In this document: positions 16,069 through 24,714 of the stretch, piece after piece
Position numbering within the stretch: position 1 is the first letter of the stretch
Layout: every line of letters starts with the position of its first letter
From: an uncultured archaeon
Lineage (GTDB): Archaea; Micrarchaeota; Micrarchaeia; Micrarchaeales; CABMGC01
Assembly: GCA_963704435.1 (NCBI GenBank)
Contig: OY969902.1
Coordinates: 90,001 to 122,000, forward strand
DNA length: 32,000 nt
Reading direction: 5' to 3'
The notes under the pieces: model-generated
The model's database searches: none
Told to the model about the DNA's origin: nothing
The model's input: only the letters and a program-made list of their open reading frames with translations
Made by a program: the position numbers and the translations under genes

Positions 16069-16084
16069 TCAGTGCGGTCCTCTC

Positions 16085-17200
16085 TCAGAACTTCTCGTAG
16101 ACCAGCGTCACTATGTCTCCGTCCTTGAGTGCGTGTTCGGAGCCGACCTTCTGGTTTGCGAACCGTGCGCTCTTTCCGGTGATGTAAGCATACTTCAGGT
16201 TCTTCGCGGCCTTCGTGTGGAGGCCTTTCGCCACGTCCATGATGGTCCCTCCCGCCTTCATAACGAACGGCTTTGAGAAGTCGGCCGCTCCGTCCTTCGG
16301 CTTCAGATATATCTTTATTATTCCGAGGTTGTCGAACAGCATGTCCTTCAGCGCGCCGATGTTCGTGCTCCTCACGGCGCTGACGGATATTACCTGCGTC
16401 TTCAACCTCGACTGGATGTCTTTCCTGATCTGCTCCGCCTTGGTCTCCCCCACCAGGTCTATCTTGTTGAGCGCGACGACTCCCTTGACGTAAACGGCGT
16501 TGTCGATGAGGAGCGCGATCAGGCCGTCGGCATCTATGTCCGAATAGAAGATGACCTTCCCATTGTAGACTCCGATCTCGTTGAGTATCGCTGCTACCTC
16601 CCTCCTGTCCGGGACCCTGTGTCCGTTGCCCTCGATCATCAGTCCGCCGGAGCTCTTCCTCTCTACCAGCACCCTCGGCTTCTCCTGGTTCACCTTTATG
16701 TCAAGGAGCGATAGCTCCTCTACGAGCTTGTCGATCTGGCTCGGGGAGGTTGCGTCCACTATGAACAGGAGCAGGTCGGCGATCCTCAGGACGCTCGCTA
16801 TCATGGTCCCTGCGCCCTTCCCCGCATGGGCGCCCTCTATAAGGCCTGGCACGTCCAGCACCTGTATCTTCGCGCCTCTGTATTCCAGCATCCCAGGTAT
16901 CACGTCCAGGGTAGTGAACGCATAGTCTGCGACCTTCGATTCCGCGCTCGTGAGCAGCCTAAGGAGGGAAGACTTGCCCGCGTTGGGGAAGCCGACGAGG
17001 ACAACTGTCGCGTCTCCCGACTTCCTTACCGCGAAGCCCGTGCCCCTCCTGCCCTTCTTCTCAGCCATCGTCTTCTTTATCTTCGCCATCTTAGAGCGCA
17101 GGATCCCGAGGTACTTGTTGGTAGCCTTGTTGTACCTGGTCTTGGAATAGGACTCCTGCAGCTCGTCCAGCTTGTTCTGCAGGACCTTCTTGTCTGCCAT
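16085..17200 (-). CDS. DRG/Rbg1-type Obg-family GTPase with a C-terminal TGS domain
   Basis: G1 GFPNAGKSSLL, G2 YAFTTL, G3 DVPGLIEGA, G4 LNKIDL. The N-terminal helical region with KATNKYLGILRSKMAKI is typical of DRG. The TGS-like C-terminus is LKDGDIVTLV. Confidence 0.9.
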   Translation of the reverse strand: MADKKVLQNKLDELQESYSKTRYNKATNKYLGILRSKMAKIKKTMAEKKGRRGTGFAVRKSGDATVVLVGFPNAGKSSLLRLLTSAESKVADYAFTTLDVIPGMLEYRGAKIQVLDVPGLIEGAHAGKGAGTMIASVLRIADLLLFIVDATSPSQIDKLVEELSLLDIKVNQEKPRVLVERKSSGGLMIEGNGHRVPDRREVAAILNEIGVYNGKVIFYSDIDADGLIALLIDNAVYVKGVVALNKIDLVGETKAEQIRKDIQSRLKTQVISVSAVRSTNIGALKDMLFDNLGIIKIYLKPKDGAADFSKPFVMKAGGTIMDVAKGLHTKAAKNLKYAYITGKSARFANQKVGSEHALKDGDIVTLVYEKF

Positions 17201-17226
17201 CTTAGATCACGCGCCCGCGCCGGCCG

Positions 17227-18105
17227 CTAGCCGGGCACGGAATCAACCACTTGCCCGTTGGCTGCGCCAGCCACAGATGTCGCGTTCAGTCCCATCGATA
17301 TGGTGTATCCGCTCATGTTGAAGCGCGTCACGAAGCTCAGCGGCACGTAGTACATGTCTGATACGCACATCTCGAACGCGCCTACGCCAGACTGCGCGCC
17401 CGCATTGGAGATGGTGCCTGCGATGTACGTGCACGGCGTACCGTTGTACGAGCTCTGGTACTCGGTCTGGTAGTTCAGGGACAGGCCGTACGACGACGCG
17501 AGTGTCGACATCCAGTAGTTCACTGACGCGGCCGGGTCCAGTCCTGCCAGCGAGTCCGTCGACCTGCAGACGTTCTTGTGGCTGCCGAACAGGAATCCCA
17601 TTATGTCCTTGGTGTTCGCCTCAGACATGTTGAAGTTCTCGCACAGCTGTGCTCCTCCTGTGAGGTTGAGGTAGGCCACCTCTATGGGCCCCGCGATTGG
17701 GACTCCCGTCGCGTTGACCGCGAGCTTCACGTCGTTGTCGTACTTGTAAACTCCCGCGCTCAAGGGCGAAGAAAGGGATATGAAAGAGAAAAATCCTGAT
17801 GGCCTTGCCGATACCTCTCCGGCGTATGCTGCTGTGAACTGCGGCAGGCTGAAGATATTGCCTGCGGAAGCGGCCAGCGTTGCGGTAGCCGCCTGGCCGG
17901 ACTGCGATGTCAGGCCTGCGATGGCCGTCGGTACGACCAGCCCCGTGTTCGGGAAGACCGCCAGGCCGTACTGGTTGGTCGGCGCGCTTGGCGCGAACCA
18001 CGGAAAAGAGAATAGCGCTATCCCGAGCAGTGCGATTCCAATGAAAGCCTTCCCTGAGGAAGGACCTGCCGAGTTCGCGGATCCGTCTATGACCCTATTT
18101 CTCAT
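17227..18105 (-). CDS. Secreted or membrane-anchored surface protein, probably N-glycosylated; unknown function
   Basis: It has an N-terminal anchor FIGIALLGIALFSFPWF, a Ser/Ala/Gly/Thr-rich body, and multiple N-x-S/T sequons (NLT, NMS, NGT, NAT). Confidence 0.6.
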   Translation of the reverse strand: MRNRVIDGSANSAGPSSGKAFIGIALLGIALFSFPWFAPSAPTNQYGLAVFPNTGLVVPTAIAGLTSQSGQAATATLAASAGNIFSLPQFTAAYAGEVSARPSGFFSFISLSSPLSAGVYKYDNDVKLAVNATGVPIAGPIEVAYLNLTGGAQLCENFNMSEANTKDIMGFLFGSHKNVCRSTDSLAGLDPAASVNYWMSTLASSYGLSLNYQTEYQSSYNGTPCTYIAGTISNAGAQSGVGAFEMCVSDMYYVPLSFVTRFNMSGYTISMGLNATSVAGAANGQVVDSVPG

Positions 18106-18237
18106 GCAATCCCTACCAATAGTTGCCCAAAAAGGCTTATAGCCTTTAGTCCGTGGCGTCTAGCTGGGTGACGCGGCCATCTTGAACAGCCGTCAGGAGG
18201 TTGGTTTTATATACAGTGCTGGCCCATTATCTGTGAT

Positions 18238-18597
18238 TTGATGGCGCGGGAAGATTCTGACGACTTCGTTCCGATGCTCTTTAGGGGACTGATAGCCCTA
18301 TTCGTTTTCGTCTGTCTCGCTATCTTCGCGGGCGTAGTTCTCTTCGTTCTTCTACCTGGAGCCCTACTCTTGTCTGCGGGCCTTGGTTGGCACGCGTTCC
18401 TGGGCGTAATCGCGCTGATTTTCTTTGTCTGGCTGTTCTTCTGGTTCTTCAGGATGGTCTTCCGCGGGGCGCACGGACACCACCGCCATGGCTGGTACGC
18501 CGACGAGCGCGACATAGCAAGGAGGAGGTACGCGCGCGGAGAGATAACCCGGAAGGAGTACCTAGCGATAATCAAGGACCTCGACAGCACGAAGTGA
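18238..18597 (+). CDS. Small membrane protein with a C-terminal SHOCT-like motif
   Basis: It has two or three TM helices (LIALFVFVCLAIFAGVVLFVLL, VIALIFFVWLFFWFF) followed by ARRRYARGEITRKEYLAIIKDL, which resembles SHOCT. TTTTATATAC lies about 25-30 nt upstream of the ATG. Confidence 0.7.
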   Translation: MMAREDSDDFVPMLFRGLIALFVFVCLAIFAGVVLFVLLPGALLLSAGLGWHAFLGVIALIFFVWLFFWFFRMVFRGAHGHHRHGWYADERDIARRRYARGEITRKEYLAIIKDLDSTK

Positions 18598-18776
18598 CCT
18601 CCGGTCCCAAAGAGCTATTTCTACTAACGATCTTCCGTTTCACGAGCGCGCTGATATTCATCAAGCTCTTCTGGCGAATATTTGTATTTAGAGAAATCTC
18701 CAGGATAGGCAAGATAGGACAATACCCCCGCAAGCTACAGGGTAGTAGACGCGATTACTTTTAAGTTCCGTTTTTA

Positions 18777-19454
18777 ATGATAATCACGCCGAATAGTCAA
18801 CGTTTCACTAATAATACTTATAAACAGCCTAAATGTAATAAATGCAGTGAAATCGTGCAGAATCCAACTAAAAATATTCATTTAGGTAACAGAGGGCCGT
18901 ATGCGCAATTGGAAAATGAAATCGGAGAAATAAAAGGCTTGCGCGACTATAGAGAACTTAAAAGAGTAGTGATTTTCGCAGACGCATTTTCAAACGTTAT
19001 GCGTAAACCTAAGTACTTAAATGTTGTCGAAATGTTGGGGCTTAGCGACAAGGGCCGCGATGAGCTTCAGGGAATATATTCGGAAGTCATTGAACCCTTA
19101 GATCAAAAGCTTCTTAGCATCAGGTCCTTGGTGATAGGGACTAGGACAGATCACGGTTTGGGTGAAAATGTCGCTCCAGCAATAAAACCGACAGACGAAA
19201 CTAAAGATTCAGCAATAAAGGAATTTACAGACCTCTTTTCTGAAATGCTGAATAAAGACGACCTCAAGGATGAAATAAACATCAAGGCCGTCATATTATA
19301 TCCCTTAGTCCTAGCCGGCATAAATACATGGAGAAAATTTGACATGGACTTTGCAGGCAAACTAATAGAAAGAATAAAATCAAACGAGGAAAATCCAGAA
19401 TTAAGAAAGGCAATAGAAATTATAGACATACCTGTCGTTTCGTCTAGAAAGTAA
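18777..19454 (+). CDS. Hypothetical protein in an AT-rich islet
   Basis: The 225-aa ORF has AT-rich codon usage unlike the backbone. I recognise no motif, and the true start may be internal. Confidence 0.5.
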   Translation: MIITPNSQRFTNNTYKQPKCNKCSEIVQNPTKNIHLGNRGPYAQLENEIGEIKGLRDYRELKRVVIFADAFSNVMRKPKYLNVVEMLGLSDKGRDELQGIYSEVIEPLDQKLLSIRSLVIGTRTDHGLGENVAPAIKPTDETKDSAIKEFTDLFSEMLNKDDLKDEINIKAVILYPLVLAGINTWRKFDMDFAGKLIERIKSNEENPELRKAIEIIDIPVVSSRK

Positions 19455-19465
19455 TTAGGGGGTGT

Positions 19466-20112
19466 GGGGTCAAGGTATACCACGGGCTTTAGCCCGCGGA
19501 CAGGAATTGACCCCACTTTGAGTGTTCCTGCTCTATTTTTAACAAATTCTGAGAAGGATTAGCGACGGCAGTGTGGCCCCAGAATTTTTGCGGTCCTGAA
19601 GTTTCTGCCGCCGAAGTGTTATTGTGAATAGTGTAAACAATGTAAGGGATATAAAGGAAAGCGCGACGGCATGCATCCACAGGTACAACTGGCAGCACAT
19701 GGTTTTTGTGTCGAAATATCGATACAGGATGTTCAAAAATCCAGAGACCTGCCGAATAATACACGATGCGATTTATGACGCCGCGCGTAGACATGGAATC
19801 GGAATTAAAGAATTCGCTGTCGGAGAAGACTTTCAACACGTGCATCTTGAGATTGACGTACCAAATACTATGTCAGTTTCAACCGCGGTGCAACTGCTGA
19901 AGGGATATTCGGCGTACGTGGTCTTCAAAGAAATGCCAAACCATCGACTTAGGTATTGGAGAGGGCATTTCTGGAGTGAAGGATACAGTAACGGAAGCGT
20001 AGGCCCTCAGAACGAGGAGACGATACAAAATTACATCAGAAAGCAGGATCAGTACGGACAAATGAGACTTGCCGCCTAGAGCGCAGGGGATACCCCCGAC
20101 TTTAGTCGGGGG
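19466..20112 (+). mobile_element. IS200-type insertion sequence (tnpA only) with subterminal hairpins
   Basis: The left structure is GGGGTCAA(19466-19473)...TTGACCCC(19507-19514), enclosing the hairpin CGGGC-TTTA-GCCCG (19483-19496). The right hairpin is CCCCCGAC-TTTA-GTCGGGGG (20093-20112). Both loops are TTTA. The size of about 650 bp fits IS200. The exact ends are not determined. Confidence 0.6.
19624..20079 (+). CDS. tnpA: IS200/IS605-family Y1 (HUH) transposase TnpA
   Basis: WQHMVFVSKYRYRMF, the HUH motif QHVHLEIDVP, LKGYSAYVV, HFWSEGYSNGSVG, and the catalytic Tyr region IQNYIRKQ. The start is GTG. Confidence 0.85.
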   Translation: MNSVNNVRDIKESATACIHRYNWQHMVFVSKYRYRMFKNPETCRIIHDAIYDAARRHGIGIKEFAVGEDFQHVHLEIDVPNTMSVSTAVQLLKGYSAYVVFKEMPNHRLRYWRGHFWSEGYSNGSVGPQNEETIQNYIRKQDQYGQMRLAA

Positions 20113-20174
20113 AGGAGGTCATTTCTATGGAAGCGTAACGCGCGGCATGGCCTATGCTGCCTTACGATATTCCT

Positions 20175-20246
20175 TGCCGCAGGCAGGATTTGAACCTGCG
20201 ACTTTCCGGTCTTCAGCCGGACGCTCTCCCACTGAGCTACTGCGGC
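20175..20246 (-). tRNA. tRNA-Phe (anticodon GAA)
   Basis: The reverse complement folds as acceptor GCCGCAG/CTGCGGC, D arm GCTC-AGTGGGA-GAGC, anticodon arm TCCGG-CTGAAGA-CCGGA, T arm GCAGG-TTCAAAT-CCTGC, discriminator A. Confidence 0.9.
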
Positions 20247-20327
20247 GCAGCAGCTACTAATTGTCGTGGATATTTATAAAGCTTTAATTCTTTTGCAGCC
20301 AATTTCCCTGCAGGTGATGCCGGTCTT

Positions 20328-21896
20328 ATGGCAGTTGACGCGCGCTGGTACGGACTTGGCGATTTCGCCAGGCTCCTCAAGCTGGAGGGGCTCGACTTCC
20401 GGGAGTACCAGTTCAACATAATACGCTCTGTGCTGAGCCGCGGCAACAGCCTCGTTGTGCTCCCAACGGGCCTAGGCAAGACGTTCATAGGCGCCGCGCT
20501 CATAGCGAAGTCGCTCTCGGAAGGCAAGCGCGCGCTGCTGCTAGCTCCCACTAAGCCCCTCGCGGAGCAGCACCGTGCCTCGCTGACCGGGCTGCTTGGC
20601 ATAGGGCCCGACGACGTGACCCTTCTCATAGGGTCGGTGGGAAAGAGGAGCAGGGCCGAGATGGAGCTCGGCGCGAAGGTCATAGTCGCCACGCCGCAGA
20701 CCATAGCCAACGACCTAAAGTCAGGGGCATTCTCGCTCGACGGGTTCGGAGTGGCGATATTCGACGAGTGCCATAGGGCGGTCGGGAAGTACGCCTACAC
20801 CTACATCGCCAACGAGTTGGCGGTCCGGGGCGTGCTGATCGTGGGCCTCACGGCTTCGCCGGGAAGCCGCGCCGACCGAATTGGCGCGCTCGCAAGCACG
20901 CTTAACATAAGGCACATAGAGGCGAGGACTTCTGCCGACCCCGACGTCATATCCTACGTGATGCCGAAGTACGTGCACGTTGTCAGGGTGGAGCAATCTG
21001 CGCGCATACGCGAGATCTCGTCGCTGCTCAAGCCCATCGGGGAGGAGAGCATAAGGAGCCTAAACCGGATGGGGCTCCTCCACGCCAAGGGCTTGGAGAG
21101 CGTGCCGAAGGGCAGGCTCATAGCGCTGGGCAGGGAGATAGACAAGATAAGCGCGCAGGGCTACAAGTTCGGCGCCCTCTACAGCTACATACGCCTGCTC
21201 AATATCTCGCATGCCCACGACCTGCTGGTTACGCAGGGCATACGCCCCTTCTACAACTATGTCGAGTCGCTGAAGGCCAGGGAGAAGAGGGGCCGTGCTG
21301 TCGAGAACCTTCTCTCCAACAAGGACTTCATCCACGCAGTACAACTCGCCTCCGAGGCCCTTGAGAGGGGTGAAGAGCACCCTAAGGTGGCCGAAGTCGT
21401 GAGGGTACTCCGCTCCCAGCCGGGCAAGGGCGCGATAGTGTTCGTCCAGTACCGTTCCACCATAAGGATGCTTGTCAACGAGCTCGCGAAGGCGGGCCTG
21501 AGCGCATCCGCGTTCGTCGGCAAGAAGGAGGGCGTGACGCAGGAGGGCCAGAAGCGCACCCTGGAGGACTTCCGGGCCGGGAAGTTCAGGGTGCTCGTCG
21601 CGAGCTCCATAGGCGAGGAGGGCCTCGACATACCCAGCGTCGACCTAGTCATATTCTACGAGCCGACGCCCAACGAGATCCGGGACATACAGAGGAAGGG
21701 AAGGACTGGGAGGTTCAGGGCGGGCGACGTGTACGTGCTGGTGGCTCTGGGCACGAAGGACGAGGTCTACCTGCTCATCTCCAGCATGAAGGAGAAGCGC
21801 ATGGCTGCGCTGCTCGAGAAGACCAACGCCGATCTCGCGAGGCGCGCAAAAATCGAGGACAACCTGAACCTGGGCCAGAGGCATCTCAAAACTTAG
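20328..21896 (+). CDS. Hef/FANCM/RIG-I-like SF2 helicase (helicase module only)
   Basis: REYQFNIIRSVL...LVVLPTGLGKTFIGA (motif I), DECH (motif II), LTASPG (III), FVQYRSTI...LVASSIGEEGLDIPSVDLVIFYEP, and RKGRTGR (VI). At 522 aa there is no room for an ERCC4 nuclease domain. Confidence 0.85.
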   Translation: MAVDARWYGLGDFARLLKLEGLDFREYQFNIIRSVLSRGNSLVVLPTGLGKTFIGAALIAKSLSEGKRALLLAPTKPLAEQHRASLTGLLGIGPDDVTLLIGSVGKRSRAEMELGAKVIVATPQTIANDLKSGAFSLDGFGVAIFDECHRAVGKYAYTYIANELAVRGVLIVGLTASPGSRADRIGALASTLNIRHIEARTSADPDVISYVMPKYVHVVRVEQSARIREISSLLKPIGEESIRSLNRMGLLHAKGLESVPKGRLIALGREIDKISAQGYKFGALYSYIRLLNISHAHDLLVTQGIRPFYNYVESLKAREKRGRAVENLLSNKDFIHAVQLASEALERGEEHPKVAEVVRVLRSQPGKGAIVFVQYRSTIRMLVNELAKAGLSASAFVGKKEGVTQEGQKRTLEDFRAGKFRVLVASSIGEEGLDIPSVDLVIFYEPTPNEIRDIQRKGRTGRFRAGDVYVLVALGTKDEVYLLISSMKEKRMAALLEKTNADLARRAKIEDNLNLGQRHLKT

Positions 21897-22537
21897 GCGC
21901 GAATCTCCTCATTACCAATGAGGCTGTAGACGGGCTTCCGGTCTGCAATGCGAAGGTCGAGGGTGTAGAAATCCAACGGTATCTGCAATCCCCTGTGCAG
22001 CTTATGCGCTAGGACATCCATCTCCTTTTCGCGATTACTTCCAGCAACCACTTCGAGTTGCGAGCCATCCTTTTTAACACTGATGCTCCCTAAGTACCTC
22101 CACCTCCCAATCTTTCCAGTCTTAAGTTCATGCCTAAATTTTGATTCTTCTGAGCCTTCTTTTAAGATGTCTGTCATTCCCATTGCCAAATCGCTATCAA
22201 GATAAGGCCGACCGAGGGTACGAATGTAACGCGCTACCACCTCAGGATACGACATCTTGCGCAGTACTGCTATGGACAGGCCCTCAATCCACTTGCCTCC
22301 ACCTAAGTACGCCACGCCGCCGCCATGGGCGCCAAGACATCCATTATCTTTCAGCCACGTCTCCACCTTGGCAACCACTTTGGTCTCATTTTCCGTCCTT
22401 TCAACCACCGCATGACCGGTTGGCACGGAATACCTGCTGAACTTCTTTTCCAAGCGGCTTTCAGTCTTAGGAAGAGATGCCTCCTTACCAGGCGCATTGG
22501 TTTCACCTATTTTCCCCGCATGTGTCGTTTCTGCCAT
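21893..22537 (-). CDS. Hypothetical protein
   Basis: The 214-aa ORF has lower GC than the backbone. It is convergent with the helicase gene and overlaps its stop by 4 nt. I recognise no motif. Confidence 0.55.
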   Translation of the reverse strand: MAETTHAGKIGETNAPGKEASLPKTESRLEKKFSRYSVPTGHAVVERTENETKVVAKVETWLKDNGCLGAHGGGVAYLGGGKWIEGLSIAVLRKMSYPEVVARYIRTLGRPYLDSDLAMGMTDILKEGSEESKFRHELKTGKIGRWRYLGSISVKKDGSQLEVVAGSNREKEMDVLAHKLHRGLQIPLDFYTLDLRIADRKPVYSLIGNEEIRA

Positions 22538-22652
22538 AGTTTTGTTTGTGCTTCTAGTGATATTTAAGCTTAACTCCGTCCATAGCTATATGTCCTACCA
22601 CTAGAGAGCACGTATACCCTTAGGACAAGATTTATGCGCAGCAATGTCGCGC

Positions 22653-23162
22653 TTAACTGTTCCCGAACATCTTGTGGAGGCTTAACAACTCCGCTTTCAG
22701 ATTTTTCAGCTCATCTTCCTCCGTCTTCCCACTCACAGGAATCAATCCGATATGCTCGTTTATCGCGTCCAGGAACTTCGCCCAGTCCTCCGTGTCCTTC
22801 TTCATGAGGGCGAGCGCCTCCTTGTCCTCCTTGAGCAGCAGTATCAATTTCAGCAGTTTCTCGTTCTCCGCCCTCTCTCCGGACGCGCCGAGCCTTTCCT
22901 TTACGTAATCCCTTAGCTCGTTTATCTCATCTATTCCCATTTCGTCGTTCCTCTCGGTGAGCTTTTCCACGCCTCGGGAAAAGGAGGATATCGCGTCATG
23001 GAGCGCGCTAAGGAGGTCATTCAGGGACAGCTTCTTATCGAAAGCCATTGGATCAGCAATTAAATCCAGACAAATACTGTGTAGGACCAAAAGCATATAA
23101 TCCTGTAGATTGGCGGCTTGGCCAAGTTCGGTGCGCTCGTATAGACGAGAATCCGAACCCAA
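22653..23162 (-). CDS. Hypothetical helical/coiled-coil protein
   Basis: The 169-aa ORF is E/K/L-rich (EKLLKLILLLKEDKEALALMKKDTEDWAKFLDAINE). An alternative internal start is MAFDKK at 23048. Confidence 0.5.
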   Translation of the reverse strand: MGSDSRLYERTELGQAANLQDYMLLVLHSICLDLIADPMAFDKKLSLNDLLSALHDAISSFSRGVEKLTERNDEMGIDEINELRDYVKERLGASGERAENEKLLKLILLLKEDKEALALMKKDTEDWAKFLDAINEHIGLIPVSGKTEEDELKNLKAELLSLHKMFGNS

Positions 23163-23282
23163 GCCAGAGACGCCCCATAGGAAATACGTCTCCTGTCAAA
23201 CCCTGATTCTGCATATAAAAAGGCGCGCTTGACGTATTTTTCGGCAGTTAAAACAATAGGCTTATATACGAGGACTTCAGTA

Positions 23283-23570
23283 ATGCTATTACTGAGGGTG
23301 GGGAATATGGGCACAATGCCTTTGCTGGTATGCGAGCGCAAGCTAAGCGAAGACATGCTTGTGGAACTGCCCGCACGCGCCAGCCCGGAACTGAGAAGGA
23401 TCGCGCAACTGAAAGAGCGCGCAATAGCGGAGCCAGAGCGAAGGAAGGCCATCGTGGCGCACCTCGAGGGCTACATGAAGAGCAAGAGGGGCACGATGGA
23501 GGGCAGGGCCGCGCAGAGAGCGATATCGATGATCATAGCGGTATCGATGCTCGAAGTGCTGCAGGGATAG
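23283..23570 (+). CDS. Small hypothetical protein
   Basis: ATG 23283 lies about 24 nt downstream of the box GGCTTATATACG. The product is 95 aa and charged/helical. Coding status is uncertain. Confidence 0.4.
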   Translation: MLLLRVGNMGTMPLLVCERKLSEDMLVELPARASPELRRIAQLKERAIAEPERRKAIVAHLEGYMKSKRGTMEGRAAQRAISMIIAVSMLEVLQG

Positions 23571-23685
23571 CGCGCGGGGAAACCCCCAACGGAAAGCGGC
23601 GGAGCGAGCGGTGCCGCGTTTTGCGGCATCGCCGCAGCATAGCCTTTGACCTTCTGCTTCTGGATCGAAGACATATCTGAAGAAT

Positions 23686-24588
23686 TCAGTCCGCCTTAGC
23701 GGATTTGCCATACCTTTTGTTGTCTTTTGTATATCTTCTAAAGAACCACTGCAGGAACGGTCCGTCAACGCGCTTGATATGTGACCTTTCCAGCGCAGTG
23801 TAATAGCTCGCCCTGTTCTCATACGCTATGTTGAGCATAGGATAACGATGCCTGTTCAGTGCAAAGTTCATGAGCAGCCTCGATATCCTGCCATTCCCGT
23901 CCGTGAACGGGTGGATGGTCACAAACTTCAGATGCGCCAGTGCAGCCAGCTCTACCGGATGCAGCTTTCCCTTGCTCCTATCGTACCACCTGAAGAATTC
24001 CCTAAAGAGGGGATGCACTTCGACGGGAGGGGGAGGAATGAATCTGCTGCCTGATATGTATATCTGGTGGTCCCTGATTTTTCCGGCAACATCCGGTTTT
24101 GTGTCCTTTAATAGCTCATAGTGCCATTCCAGAACCCGATTCGCATTCAGATCTCCTTTGTGCGATAGCATTTTATAAAATACTCTCTTGTGCGCCTCGG
24201 CCTCTCTCACATCGCGCAGAGGCTTATTCTTCGGAGTTGCTTCATGAAGGAGAAGCGCAGCCGTTTCCTTGAAGCTTAGCGTCGATCCCTCTATCCTTTG
24301 CGTATCGTAGGTAAATTTTATCATGAAAGACTCAACATACTTTTCCACCGCTTCCTGCGGCATCAATTCTTGCTCTTTACTGAACCCCTGTTTTATTGTG
24401 TCGAACTGCGAATACCATTTTTGCTTGTACAGTTCAAAAACAAATTCACGCTTTATCGTCTCGATATCCTTCGGTATGTTTCTGCCCAGATATCTCTCTT
24501 TCTTGAGCACCCTGCCTTTAATCCTGTAAGGATGCTCAAGATAGTAGTAAGCATTGCCGTTAATCATCTTCCGTTTTATCGTTACCAT
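23686..24588 (-). CDS. fic: Fic-domain protein (AMPylase family) with an N-terminal inhibitory-helix motif
   Basis: It has the canonical Fic motif HPFTDGNGRISRLLMN (HxFx[DE]GNGRxxR). TQRIEG matches the [ST]xxxE[GN] auto-inhibitory motif of class II Fic proteins, with a Fic_N-like N-terminus. Confidence 0.9.
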   Translation of the reverse strand: MVTIKRKMINGNAYYYLEHPYRIKGRVLKKERYLGRNIPKDIETIKREFVFELYKQKWYSQFDTIKQGFSKEQELMPQEAVEKYVESFMIKFTYDTQRIEGSTLSFKETAALLLHEATPKNKPLRDVREAEAHKRVFYKMLSHKGDLNANRVLEWHYELLKDTKPDVAGKIRDHQIYISGSRFIPPPPVEVHPLFREFFRWYDRSKGKLHPVELAALAHLKFVTIHPFTDGNGRISRLLMNFALNRHRYPMLNIAYENRASYYTALERSHIKRVDGPFLQWFFRRYTKDNKRYGKSAKAD

Positions 24589-24594
24589 GAATAT

Positions 24595-24652
24595 TTCTTA
24601 CCCCTACAAATTTATAAATATTTGTATTTTACATAAAATGTAGGGGTAAGAA
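24595..24652. promoter_or_regulatory. Perfect 14-bp inverted repeat bracketing the fic TATA box
   Basis: TTCTTACCCCTACA (24595-24608) and TGTAGGGGTAAGAA (24639-24652) are separated by a 30-nt A/T-rich spacer. The spacer contains TTTATAAATA (24611-20), about 27 nt from the fic ATG (24588), and smaller nested palindromes (TACAAAT/ATTTGTA). Confidence 0.6.
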
Positions 24653-24714
24653 TTCCGCACTATTCGGAAAAATTGAAGCTTTAAATATTTTCATCCCCAA
24701 TCCCCTCTGATACC

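Noticed and set aside
16215-18142. Plus-strand ORFs antisense to the DRG GTPase and the surface-protein gene
   Set aside because: They are shadow ORFs. The GTPase has all G motifs on the minus strand, and the surface protein has an N-terminal anchor and sequons.
18387-18764. The 125-aa plus-strand ORF that overlaps the SHOCT-protein gene and extends into the intergenic region
   Set aside because: It is an alternative frame of a better-supported membrane-protein ORF. Its composition is R/P-rich and it has no start context.
20069-20710. The 63-aa plus-strand ORF 20069-20260 and the 157-aa minus-strand ORF 20237-20710
   Set aside because: The first spans the IS right-end hairpin and the tRNA-Phe gene. 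The second is antisense to the helicase N-terminus and is S/P/A-rich.
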